From positions 640,001 through 704,000 of the forward strand of contig CAVRJO010000002.1 of the NCBI GenBank assembly GCA_963722255.1: a stretch of 64,000 nt of DNA, read 5' to 3'. This DNA comes from Candidatus Babeliales bacterium (GTDB lineage: Bacteria > Babelota > Babeliae > Babelales > JANWKD01). Each line of letters starts with the position of its first letter. The stretch's first letter is position 1. Positions 52,985 through 62,816 of the stretch are shown here, piece after piece. A program made the position numbers and the translations under genes. The notes below the pieces were generated by a model that was given only the letters and a program-made list of their open reading frames with translations, was not told where the DNA came from and ran no database searches.

Positions 52985-53611
52985 TTAATAGCTATTATCT
53001 TTGCTTGCAACCAAAAGTCCTTTGTTCAGAACTAGATTTGTCGGGTCATCCCATGAAAAGGTAGAACAAATTTTTTCTATTTCAGGTGGTACGGTATATT
53101 CCAATTTTCTTCCACCGGCTCGTTGAACTTTACCAAATACTTTAAATTCATAATCAAAACTAACGCAAAGTTTATCGTCAGTCACTTTAATGGGTGTGGC
53201 CGTATCCTGCTTTACTTCTTGGCCATTGGCCATAAGAATAAATTTTGATGGCGTATAATTGCCAGTCCAATGCTTTTTATAGGTAATCATATCTTTTGTT
53301 ATCTCATTTGACAGTAGAACGGTTCTTTCAACAGGCTTTGATGGAACTTTATTTGGTAAAGAAATTGTTGATTTTTCAACCGTCGTATTTTTTTGAGAAG
53401 TTATGCTGTTTACTTCATTTGCTTGAATGGGTACAGGTTGAATCTCTTGCTTCATACTTTGCGCAACTGCATCTGTATCCTTAGATTCAGCAACTATTTT
53501 TTTAGAATCTAAGACGCGTTGACCATTTTCAGTCACAGAAATAAAATTCATCGGCGTGGTAATAATAATTGCACTACAGAAAAGCAAAAATATTTTTTTC
53601 ATTGTATTCAT
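52985..53611 (-). CDS. Secreted hypothetical protein
   Basis: Signal-like N-terminus, low-complexity linker, beta-rich C-terminus. Confidence 0.6.
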   Translation of the reverse strand: MNTMKKIFLLFCSAIIITTPMNFISVTENGQRVLDSKKIVAESKDTDAVAQSMKQEIQPVPIQANEVNSITSQKNTTVEKSTISLPNKVPSKPVERTVLLSNEITKDMITYKKHWTGNYTPSKFILMANGQEVKQDTATPIKVTDDKLCVSFDYEFKVFGKVQRAGGRKLEYTVPPEIEKICSTFSWDDPTNLVLNKGLLVASKDNSY

Positions 53612-53700
53612 AGCAATAATCCTTTATTTTAAATTCATGTTTTTCACTATACAAAAAAAAGTGAAAATCGTACAATTTACTAAACAAAGGAGCATTTATA

Positions 53701-55107
53701 ATGGTGTACAAAAGCCTATTATTAGCAACAATTGCATATTCATCATTAATGAGTATGGAAGAAAAAGAACCAGAAACTCTTTTTGATAAAGCAGTTTGCT
53801 TCATTGACACCATTATTCCACAAAGAAACCCCCATGATTTCAGCAAAAAAGTTAAACAATTTCTCAGAAACCAGAACGCAACAAAAGAACAAAAAAAAGA
53901 GCTAAAAAGCAAGTTAGCTTCATTTGCACAATCTACTTTTTATACCATTAAAACTCTTTCTGATATTAAAAATCTTGATTGTGTTGCTTCTGCACAAAAA
54001 TCAATAGTAGCCTGGGTCGATACTCTAGATACTGCCTTTAATGTTAATGTAACAACAAAGCCTCAAGAAACAGTACGCATGAACGGCCATAAACATGCTA
54101 TTTCTTGCCTGTCCATATCTCCCGACCAAAAATGTCTTATAACCGGCTCAAAGGGAGAAGATTCCTTAAAAATTTGGCAACTTGAACCACAAATTAAATC
54201 TCTTGTTACCTGTAACTATTTTAAATACGCTCAAAAAAAAATACCGAGCATGGAGTCAACGGATTCTCTTTCCTGCGTTCAATTTTCTCCGAATGAAGAC
54301 CATATTGTTTGTGCTGACTCAAGCGGAAGAGTTTGTGTAATAAAAGTGAGCAAAGAAAGCAACTATGAAATAAAACTACTTTCCTTTAAAAAATTTATTA
54401 AGAGCACTAATAATCCTTTTACAAAGATTAGTTTTATATCTGGCAATAGAATGATTATATCAAATGCACGCACAATAACTTTTTGGAAGACAACGACATG
54501 GAAAATTAACCAGACAGTAAATCTTGATGAGTCTCTTGAAATGATCGCTACCTTTCCTGATAAACTACGAATATGCGCTAAATATTTAGATGCAAAAAAT
54601 AAAAATAGTTCAATTCAAATTATAGAAACTAAAGGAACTAAACGAATTACAGAAGATACTATTCATAAAATTGTCTATGAATCTGCTCTTTTTGCAAAAG
54701 AAAATGTTAGTACAGGTTTTGATTCATCAGGTAATTTAATCCTCATAAAGAAAGGCACCCATCCAAAATTTTATCGTCTTGATACTGATGAACCAAACAA
54801 ATTTTTGTTACCGGATTGGACAAGTCTATACTATTTTACAAATCCTCAAACCATGCCGCAAAGCTTGCTTTCAGCCTCTTTGATCGACCAAAGGAAACCT
54901 TTTAGGATAACAACAATCTATGTACCTGAAATGCTTAGTTTTAAAAAATTGTATTTGCATATGGCAATAAGAAAAGCTATCGAAGAACATGATACTGATA
55001 CCTTACGTAAGCTAAGAAAAAGCAATCTAATAGAAACCTATGGGACGCCTGAACTTTTACGAGGATATATTGATAAGGCAATGCAAAATCTCAGCGCAGA
55101 GCTATAG
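53701..55107 (+). CDS. Secreted WD40-repeat protein
   Basis: GHKHAISCLSISPDQKCLITGS...LKIW; CVQFSPN. Confidence 0.8.
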   Translation: MVYKSLLLATIAYSSLMSMEEKEPETLFDKAVCFIDTIIPQRNPHDFSKKVKQFLRNQNATKEQKKELKSKLASFAQSTFYTIKTLSDIKNLDCVASAQKSIVAWVDTLDTAFNVNVTTKPQETVRMNGHKHAISCLSISPDQKCLITGSKGEDSLKIWQLEPQIKSLVTCNYFKYAQKKIPSMESTDSLSCVQFSPNEDHIVCADSSGRVCVIKVSKESNYEIKLLSFKKFIKSTNNPFTKISFISGNRMIISNARTITFWKTTTWKINQTVNLDESLEMIATFPDKLRICAKYLDAKNKNSSIQIIETKGTKRITEDTIHKIVYESALFAKENVSTGFDSSGNLILIKKGTHPKFYRLDTDEPNKFLLPDWTSLYYFTNPQTMPQSLLSASLIDQRKPFRITTIYVPEMLSFKKLYLHMAIRKAIEEHDTDTLRKLRKSNLIETYGTPELLRGYIDKAMQNLSAEL

Positions 55108-55115
55108 TAAAAAAA

Positions 55116-56924
55116 CTATCTGCCCATTTCACGGATCTTGAAAATAAGTAATGATATTGCAGCAGGCGTCATCCCAGGGATGAGCATCGCTTGTGCAATA
55201 GTTTGCGGTTTATGTTTTAATAATTTTTGTTTTAATTCGGTAGATAATCCGGGCATAGAGCTATAATCTACATGAGCGGGAATAATAAGCGCTTGATATG
55301 TTTTAGATTTTTCAATCTCTTTTTCTTCGCGCTTTAAATATGGTTCATAACGAATATCGGCCCATATAGTTTGCAGGATACGTTCGGGCAATTTACCTCC
55401 GGTCAACTCAATAAGTTTATTTTTATTCTCTTCTTGATTTCCCAAAAGCTTAAGAAGCTCACAACTATTAGTTCCTGTTCTTAATTGGTCTATAGTTTCA
55501 TGGACAAGCTCTTTTTCATTTTTGATTGCTGTATATAATTCTTGATCGATTAACCCTAGATCATAGCTCATATCGGCCAATCGTAAAAAGACATTATCTT
55601 GACGCAATATTAATCGACGTTCAGCACGAGAGGTAAACATTCTATATGGTTCATCGACACCAAGAGTCACCAAATCATCAATCATCACGCCAATATACCC
55701 TTGTGTTCTATCCAAAATAAAGGGCGAAAGCCCACATGCTTTACGATGCGCATTAATTCCGGCAATAATACCTTGGCCGGCTGCTTCTTCATAGCCGGTG
55801 GTTCCATTGATTTGACCTGCTAAAAAGAGCCCGGGCTTTTGCTTAACTTCAAGCGTATGTTTAAGTTGGTCAGGTAAAACAAAATCATATTCAACGGCAT
55901 AACCAGGTCGAACAATAACAGCATCTTCAAAACCAACAATTGAACGAACCATCTCCATCTGCACCTGTAACGGCAAAGATGTGGAGATTCCATTAGGGTA
56001 AATCTCTTCGCTTGATGCACTTTCAGGTTCAACAAAAATATGGTGTGATGTTTTTTCAGGAAATCGCGCAATCTTATCTTCAACTGATGGGCAATAACGA
56101 GGGCCAACGCCTTTAATATTTCCACTATACATAGCAGAAAGATGCAAATTCTTTCGAATTATTTCATGTGTTTTTGTGTTAGTGTAGGCAATATAACAGT
56201 CGCGACTATTTGTCACTCTATGAGAAGAGAATTCAAAAAGATGATCAAGATTGTCCGGCGCTTGTACCTCAAGTTTGGTGAAATCAATGCTCGAACGTAA
56301 TAACCGGGGCGGTGTACCGGTTTTTAGTCGTCCAATTTTTAATCCTAAATCATTAAGAAAAGAAGAAAGATGTGGCACCGCTTCATCGCCTTGGCGACCT
56401 GCAGAATAGTTTTGTTTACCAATATGAATAAGGCCATTTAAAAATGTTCCTGTGGTCAAAATGACAGCAGAAGAACTATATTCCATGCCTTCGCGTGTTA
56501 CTACTCCACAAACATCCCCTTCAGCATTGGTTATTAATCTTTCAACCATGCCTGAAAGAATGCTCAGGTTTTCAGTCGTTTCTAATGTCTCTTTTGCTAA
56601 TTTGTTATACGCATGCTTATCAATTTGTAATCGCAATCCTTGAACTGCCGGACCTTTTTTTGTATTGAGCATGCGAGCTTGTAGATAGGTTTTAGTGCAC
56701 AATTTAGGCATTAAACCGCCTAGTGCACTTATTTCAAACACAATGTGACCTTTGCCAACACCTCCGATTGCAGGATTGCATGGCATGTAACCAATTCGAT
56801 CTAAATTTAAAGTAATAAGTAATGTTCTTGAACCCAAACGAGCTGATGCGTAGGCTGCTTCGATACCGGCATGACCACCGCCAACAACAATCACATCAAA
56901 ATCATAACTATTTATTTTTGACAT
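55116..56924 (-). CDS. mnmG: tRNA uridine 5-carboxymethylaminomethyl modification enzyme GidA
   Basis: GGGHAG.EAA, CNPAIGG, RLKTGTPPR, PRYCPSVEDK, AGQINGTTGYEEAA. Confidence 0.97.
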   Translation of the reverse strand: MSKINSYDFDVIVVGGGHAGIEAAYASARLGSRTLLITLNLDRIGYMPCNPAIGGVGKGHIVFEISALGGLMPKLCTKTYLQARMLNTKKGPAVQGLRLQIDKHAYNKLAKETLETTENLSILSGMVERLITNAEGDVCGVVTREGMEYSSSAVILTTGTFLNGLIHIGKQNYSAGRQGDEAVPHLSSFLNDLGLKIGRLKTGTPPRLLRSSIDFTKLEVQAPDNLDHLFEFSSHRVTNSRDCYIAYTNTKTHEIIRKNLHLSAMYSGNIKGVGPRYCPSVEDKIARFPEKTSHHIFVEPESASSEEIYPNGISTSLPLQVQMEMVRSIVGFEDAVIVRPGYAVEYDFVLPDQLKHTLEVKQKPGLFLAGQINGTTGYEEAAGQGIIAGINAHRKACGLSPFILDRTQGYIGVMIDDLVTLGVDEPYRMFTSRAERRLILRQDNVFLRLADMSYDLGLIDQELYTAIKNEKELVHETIDQLRTGTNSCELLKLLGNQEENKNKLIELTGGKLPERILQTIWADIRYEPYLKREEKEIEKSKTYQALIIPAHVDYSSMPGLSTELKQKLLKHKPQTIAQAMLIPGMTPAAISLLIFKIREMGR

Positions 56925-57062
56925 TGCGTATATATACCTAACATTATTTGCACGAAATTTCTGCTAGAGATAATTTTAACGCATCTTTGATTAGATAGCA
57001 ATTATAAGCACAAAGAAGAACCTCCATTCCCCCTAACTTGTGCACGTATCACTTCATGAAGA

Positions 57063-57476
57063 CTATTTTTTCTTTGCAGTACGCCTATTTATAGCACGCC
57101 ATAATTTTGAGACGTCTTGTAAATCTTCCGGCAAATATTTGAAAAATGGCCTAAGGGCCAAACCAATCAAGGGTGCACTTGTTTTGTGTTGCACTTTTTT
57201 CAATGCCGCAATAAGCGCTTGGATATTAATACTGGGATACTCTTTTTTAAATTCTGCTGCTTTGACAGGATCTTCTAAGATTGCAATAATTGCAGCAAAA
57301 AACTCACTTAAGGTTCTTGGATCATCATTTTCGGCTTCAAATGTACGCAAAAGTTCAATAACAACTTTTCCGGCTGTGTCTTCTTTTGCTTGCATCGTAA
57401 AACTTGTTAACCCCGAAGATAATACAAATGCTAACATTCCACACATACCAATTTTTTTTAAATCGATTAAATTCAC
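57063..57476 (-). CDS. Secreted helical hypothetical protein
   Basis: GTG start with GGAG; signal peptide ending MQA. Confidence 0.6.
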   Translation of the reverse strand: MNLIDLKKIGMCGMLAFVLSSGLTSFTMQAKEDTAGKVVIELLRTFEAENDDPRTLSEFFAAIIAILEDPVKAAEFKKEYPSINIQALIAALKKVQHKTSAPLIGLALRPFFKYLPEDLQDVSKLWRAINRRTAKKK

Positions 57477-57891
57477 AGTTATTTCCTCCGCTTACTATAA
57501 GCTACAGATTAAACTCACTATACCACCAGTTTAAAGAGCTGATTAATCTTGTCAAAAGGTGGCCGTTTTACCAATAAAAACCACTCAATCGGCCTTGCAA
57601 AAACAAGCCAACTGAAGATCATTTTTAATGCTATCATTTAACTAATTATGATCTTCAATCATTTGACTCAATGGGCATTTAAAACTTCTAATAATTTTTT
57701 AAATAATCTGTTTTGCTGTTTTTGCGCTATTTTTTTAAATTTCAAATAGATATTTTATATTGAAGAGTAATTGGATTCTTCCATTTTTATGATTTCTATA
57801 AATATGGTGATATACTTGGCAATGCGTTATTCTAAAACGTACAAAAAAATAGGCTAGAATTCACTTAATTTCATACGAAAATAGTAAAACA

Positions 57892-58956
57892 ATGATATAT
57901 CATATAGCATTATACCTAAAAAACTCCGTCTCATTTTTCAATGTCTTTCATTATGTAAGCTTTCGGGCAATGGCAGCACTACTTACGTCGCTTCTATTTT
58001 CATTTATGTTTGGCAACTGGTTTATTGCTCAATCAAGACAGTTTTTTCGCTCTAAAGCGCGCGAATTGACCCCTGAAAACCATAGAGCGAAAGACAATAT
58101 GCCCACAATGGGCGGACTCTTTATTTTAACAACCGTATTTGTTTCATCACTTTTATGGTGCAATTTATATCAACCGGAAGTATATATTTTCTTAAGCTGT
58201 TTAGCCGGTTTTGGCATTATAGGCTTTTTAGATGATTGGTATAAAATCAGAGTAAAAAAAGGAATAAGCGCTCGGCTTAAGTTTGGCATGCAGCTTGCCG
58301 TTGCAAGCTTGGTTGCACTCAGTATCTATAGTTACAGTCCTGAAAATACCCAAATCGCTCTACCTTTTTTCAAAAATATCAGTCTTGACCTAGGTTACTT
58401 TTTTATTATATGGGTGCTCTTTATTTTAGTAGGAACTAGCAATGCGGTAAATTTGACTGATGGTCTTGATGGCCTTGCTATAGGGTCTTTAATTCCAAAT
58501 TTTGGGTTATTTTCTCTTATTTGCTATCTTGCAGGCCATTTTTCTTTAGCTCATTATCTTCATATTCCTTATGCCCATTCATCAGAAATTACCATTATTG
58601 GTTCAACCCTTCTGGGTGCCTCATTAGGCTTTTTATGGTATAACGCCTACCCAGCACAAATTTTTATGGGAGACGTTGGATCATTGGCTCTTGGAAGTGG
58701 ATTGGCTCTTATGGCAATCATGTCAAAACAAGAGCTTTTGTTGCCTATTTCGGGTGGCCTTTTTGTGGTTGAAGCCGTTTCTGTTATTGCCCAAGTAATT
58801 TCTTTTAAGCTTATTGGTAAACGCATCTTTAGAATGGCCCCGATTCATCATCATTTTGAACTTTTGGGATGGCAGGAATCAAAGATTACGGTGCGATTTG
58901 CTATTATTTCATTGATACTATGCCTGATTGCGCTTATGACCTTAAAAATTAGATAA
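57892..58956 (+). CDS. mraY: Phospho-N-acetylmuramoyl-pentapeptide transferase
   Basis: PTMGG, GFLDD, NAVNLTDGLDGL, FMGDVGS, APIHHHFE. Confidence 0.97.
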   Translation: MIYHIALYLKNSVSFFNVFHYVSFRAMAALLTSLLFSFMFGNWFIAQSRQFFRSKARELTPENHRAKDNMPTMGGLFILTTVFVSSLLWCNLYQPEVYIFLSCLAGFGIIGFLDDWYKIRVKKGISARLKFGMQLAVASLVALSIYSYSPENTQIALPFFKNISLDLGYFFIIWVLFILVGTSNAVNLTDGLDGLAIGSLIPNFGLFSLICYLAGHFSLAHYLHIPYAHSSEITIIGSTLLGASLGFLWYNAYPAQIFMGDVGSLALGSGLALMAIMSKQELLLPISGGLFVVEAVSVIAQVISFKLIGKRIFRMAPIHHHFELLGWQESKITVRFAIISLILCLIALMTLKIR

Positions 58957-58958
58957 TC

Positions 58959-58992
58959 AAAAAAGGCCTCAGTTTCCCAAGGCCTTTTTTTT
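58959..58992. terminator. Bidirectional intrinsic terminator
   Basis: aaaaaaggcct-loop-aggcctttttttt between convergent genes. Confidence 0.75.
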
Positions 58993-59017
58993 GAATATTT
59001 TAATAACTACTCGTTAA

Positions 59018-59653
59018 TTAGCTTGCTTTTGTAGCGACTGTTGCAAGTTTTTCAAGAGCTGGCTTAACTGCTCCTGCTGCCGTTTCAACTGCTGGTTTAA
59101 CTGTCGCTTTAGCTGCTTTTTGAACGACTTGAGCAATATTTTGAGATCCGAGCCATGAAGTCAACCCATCCATACACGCAATACCACCTAAAAAGTATCC
59201 CATTTTATTTGGCATACAATAATCTAAAAGAGCTATTGCACCCGCTGCAGCCAAACAGTATCCATTAAATTTTAAACCATTTTCGAGCAATTCATTGTTT
59301 CCTGTTACTTTGCAAATCTGAGTCATATAATGCTGGATTCTCCATGCTGATGTTAATGCTACCGTAACAGCTCTTGCAACGGTAAAACCTAACCTCAAAC
59401 CGCTCACACCAGTTTCTTCTTCTTCATCTTGTTCAGCTTTTTTCAAAGCTTCTGCTTTTTCTCTTTGCTCCATTTGCTGAGCCAATTGTGCTAATTGTTT
59501 TGATGTCATATTATGCAGATTTCCTGAATAATTAACCCCTTTAGGTACTTGGCTTTGTTGTTGTTGCCCTTGTTGCGGATTCATAGTTAATGCAGAACCA
59601 ACTGTCAAAATAAGCGAACATAAAATCATTAATCTTTTTAATATTGTAACCAT
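59018..59653 (-). CDS. Secreted/membrane hypothetical protein with Gln-rich and acidic tracts
   Basis: Signal peptide, PQQGQQQQSQ, DEEEE, hydrophobic helices, Ala/Lys tail. Confidence 0.6.
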   Translation of the reverse strand: MVTILKRLMILCSLILTVGSALTMNPQQGQQQQSQVPKGVNYSGNLHNMTSKQLAQLAQQMEQREKAEALKKAEQDEEEETGVSGLRLGFTVARAVTVALTSAWRIQHYMTQICKVTGNNELLENGLKFNGYCLAAAGAIALLDYCMPNKMGYFLGGIACMDGLTSWLGSQNIAQVVQKAAKATVKPAVETAAGAVKPALEKLATVATKAS

Positions 59654-59849
59654 ATTTAATCTCCATTTTTTAATAAAACTAACCAATTACATACTCTAAG
59701 TTTACCTTATATATTCTATTTGTCAATAAAAATATTAGCTTTTTATAAAAATAATTTATTTTTTAGTCAATTTCAGAGAAAAAAGCAACAAATATACGTA
59801 AGGATCGCATATTTCGATTGATTTATAGTCAATTAATCGATCAAATCAA

Positions 59850-60737
59850 TTAATTCATGGTCTCGACTGGATTAATGAGAGTAAAGGAATCCTTTGATTC
59901 CAGAAAGGCCTCAGCATAAAAAACCTTGCTGAGGTCAAAACAGTGCGGGAATAGGCTTTTTTCATCGCCATTGCCTTGGGTATATGAAAGGGTATCAGTT
60001 ATCTTTTTGCTGTAACGGGGTATTATTCCTAGGCCTTCCATATCCTTATAAAGGCCATAAAGGGTATTTAAAGCATATTGGGCATGCTCTTTGCCATTTG
60101 CTATATAAATCACCATAAGAGCCATGGCGCCTCCATCAACGCTTTTAGCCTCAAGAAGCTTTTTTATCTCTTCTAAAGGCCATGAAAAATCTATAAGAGG
60201 CTGAAGCTTAAAGCTTGTTATTGATTCTTGCAATTGAGTGTCAGTTTTTAAAGTTACTATGAGTTTTTTTACCATGAGCTTATATTCATCAGCATTTTTT
60301 GGCATTGCATGAATTTTATAACAGCTTGCACATAGTTTCTTGGCTTTCTCTAGTTTGTTTTTTGAAAGATCATTAGCACAGTTCCATACGCACGCGAGTG
60401 ATTCTTCTTTAAGGCGCTCTTGGCAATCTAGGATTTCTTGAAGACGATACTCTTTTCTAACTCCTTTAAAAAGAGACCCTCTTACTTCTACATAATTTGT
60501 AGACTCTAATGTTGCATGAACCATTTCTTGATCTAATTCAGCATTTATTAAAGCATCATTGACCCACTGGTACAAGTCTTCTTCAGTCACACCATGAGGA
60601 TTTAGATATAAAAATTCAATATCGAGTTTTTTTAAAAGTAGTTCTAATGCATGCTCTCGTGATTTTTCTTCCATCGCCAAAAGTGAAGTTGTATAAAAAA
60701 AATAAATGAAAAAGTACCAATAATAAGAGCCTCTCAT
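59850..60737 (-). CDS. Secreted hypothetical protein
   Basis: Hydrophobic N-terminus ending LLA-MEE. Confidence 0.6.
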   Translation of the reverse strand: MRGSYYWYFFIYFFYTTSLLAMEEKSREHALELLLKKLDIEFLYLNPHGVTEEDLYQWVNDALINAELDQEMVHATLESTNYVEVRGSLFKGVRKEYRLQEILDCQERLKEESLACVWNCANDLSKNKLEKAKKLCASCYKIHAMPKNADEYKLMVKKLIVTLKTDTQLQESITSFKLQPLIDFSWPLEEIKKLLEAKSVDGGAMALMVIYIANGKEHAQYALNTLYGLYKDMEGLGIIPRYSKKITDTLSYTQGNGDEKSLFPHCFDLSKVFYAEAFLESKDSFTLINPVETMN

Positions 60738-60757
60738 TTCATTCCTTTTTCACTTAA

Positions 60758-61774
60758 TTATGATTCCTTTACAACATCCTTTGCAGCTTTATCATTGCGC
60801 AAACCTTTGTAACGACCGACGCGAAGCTTTCCGGCATTAGTCCACTGGGCAAATTGAAATTCCGCAACAAGCGTAGGCTTCACCCAATGAACCCTCACTA
60901 AATGGCCGTCATAATCACTAAACGGACACTTTTTTATTTCCAATCGCTGTAACTTTTTACCCAAAAGCGCAAGCGTTTCTTGTGTATACCCGGTGCCAAC
61001 CTTTCCTGCATAATGGAAAACTCCTTTTTTATCATAATAACCCACAAGTAAAGCACCAAAGTAAGATCGTGATCCCTGAGGTTCTGTATAACCACCAATA
61101 ACCAACTCTTGCCCCATACTGCATTTGAATTTTAACCAATTTCTAGACCTTTTGCTTTCATAGGGGCTATCAGCTCGTTTTGCCATGACCCCTTCCCAAC
61201 CAAGCTTGCAGGCTTTTTTAAAGAGCAAAACCCCATTTCCAATAGTATGCTCACTAAAGGTAAGCATCTTTGTGAACCTTACTAGCTTTTTTAAAACATC
61301 TTTACGGGCATAAAGAGGCAATTGAGTAAGTAAATATCCATCAGCATACAAAAGATCAAAAATACGATAATAGATTGGAACCTGTTTTTTCATTGAACTT
61401 ATATCTGAAAGGCTTTGTAAATTAATTCTTCCCTGCAACAGTTCGAAATCTGAAATTCCTTTTTTATTGAGCGCTACAATTTCGCCATCAATAATAAAAT
61501 TATCGGCTTTTAATTTTTCAAGCGCTACTACTAACTCAGGATATTCATCATTTATCAATTTATCATTGCGAGACATGAGACGAACTTTACCATTTTTTTT
61601 AAATGCTAGACACCGCTCACCATCAAATTTATGCTCATAAAACCATTCATCGCTTGAAAAATAATCATGAGTAAGTACTGCAAGCATTGGCTTAATAAAG
61701 TGAGGTTGTGCTAATTTTTTTCGTTTTTTTAATATCGTTTCAGAAAGTCCTGAAAAGAGAGTAGAATTTTTCAT
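60758..61774 (-). CDS. ATP-dependent DNA ligase (stand-alone LigD-type ligase domain)
   Basis: EHKFDGER, IDGEIV, FDLL, EGVMAKR, WLKFK, GKVGTG, LRNDK. Confidence 0.9.
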   Translation of the reverse strand: MKNSTLFSGLSETILKKRKKLAQPHFIKPMLAVLTHDYFSSDEWFYEHKFDGERCLAFKKNGKVRLMSRNDKLINDEYPELVVALEKLKADNFIIDGEIVALNKKGISDFELLQGRINLQSLSDISSMKKQVPIYYRIFDLLYADGYLLTQLPLYARKDVLKKLVRFTKMLTFSEHTIGNGVLLFKKACKLGWEGVMAKRADSPYESKRSRNWLKFKCSMGQELVIGGYTEPQGSRSYFGALLVGYYDKKGVFHYAGKVGTGYTQETLALLGKKLQRLEIKKCPFSDYDGHLVRVHWVKPTLVAEFQFAQWTNAGKLRVGRYKGLRNDKAAKDVVKES

Positions 61775-61906
61775 AGAATACTCATTGGTTATTAACTATA
61801 CTAAAAAAAAGCTTAAAAAAAAGGCGTACAATGAAGCAATATAAATTTTTGCATTTTCATAGTAGATCAATAAATGATTAAATAATTTCCTTAATAAAGG
61901 CAACTC

Positions 61907-62773
61907 ATGAACTCAATAAAAAAATTATATGTTTGGCTCAGAAGGCCTCATAAATCACAACTCGCTCAATATATTGAAACGATCATTATTTTTGTTCCCT
62001 TAGTTTTTTTTATTCGCACCTATTTCTTCGGGTTGTATCAAGTTCCAACCGGCTCAATGGAAACTACAATGCTTGTTGGAGAACGGTTTTTTGCTGATAA
62101 ATTAACACTCCATTTCAAAGGTCTTCAGCATGGAGATATTATTGCAATCAATGATCCAACCTTTATCTATTCAAACAACTATCTTATAAATTTACTTCAA
62201 CGTTATGTATATGGCCCCACAAATTGGACAAAACGTATCATTGGTTTACCTGGAGATCATATTCAAGGCAAAATTGAAGATGGCAAACCGGTCGTGTATC
62301 GAAATGGCGATAAGCTTAATGAGCCCTACTTAAATAAGTTTCCTCTCATCATGCTCTATGAAGATGGAAAATTAACTCCTCGTTCATACGATGACCATTA
62401 TTCTTTTGAAAATCAACCATTTTATCGCATGAATGCAAAGGAAGTTATACTTGGGCAAAAAGTAGCCGCACAGTATGACGAAGAACCACTACTTTTACCC
62501 GACACTCCCACCTATTCAAATAATCGTAACGTCGATGAGTTTGATATTCATTTAGGTCCTACTCAAATTTGGGCAATGGGAGACAATCGCAAAGGAAGCG
62601 CAGATTCGCGCATGTTTGGACCATTTGATATAAAGCTTGTTCATGGCAAAATAATCTTTTGTTTATACTCACTCGATAGCCCTGATTCATGGTTTATCTT
62701 TGATCTTATAAAACATCCAATAGATTTTTGGAAACGAGTACGTTGGAATAGATGTTTGCAATCTATTAGTTAA
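61907..62773 (+). CDS. lepB: Signal peptidase I
   Basis: VPTGSMETT, KRIIGLPGD, MGDNRKGSADSR. Confidence 0.93.
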   Translation: MNSIKKLYVWLRRPHKSQLAQYIETIIIFVPLVFFIRTYFFGLYQVPTGSMETTMLVGERFFADKLTLHFKGLQHGDIIAINDPTFIYSNNYLINLLQRYVYGPTNWTKRIIGLPGDHIQGKIEDGKPVVYRNGDKLNEPYLNKFPLIMLYEDGKLTPRSYDDHYSFENQPFYRMNAKEVILGQKVAAQYDEEPLLLPDTPTYSNNRNVDEFDIHLGPTQIWAMGDNRKGSADSRMFGPFDIKLVHGKIIFCLYSLDSPDSWFIFDLIKHPIDFWKRVRWNRCLQSIS

Positions 62774-62816
62774 AAGAGTTACTGTTTCCAAATAGTTTTT
62801 TTAGATCGAATTCTCA

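Noticed and set aside
57480..57890. Long intergenic region with a tgaagatcat / atgatcttca inverted repeat as an ncRNA or riboswitch
   Set aside because: No recognisable RNA family motif; consistent with a divergent promoter region
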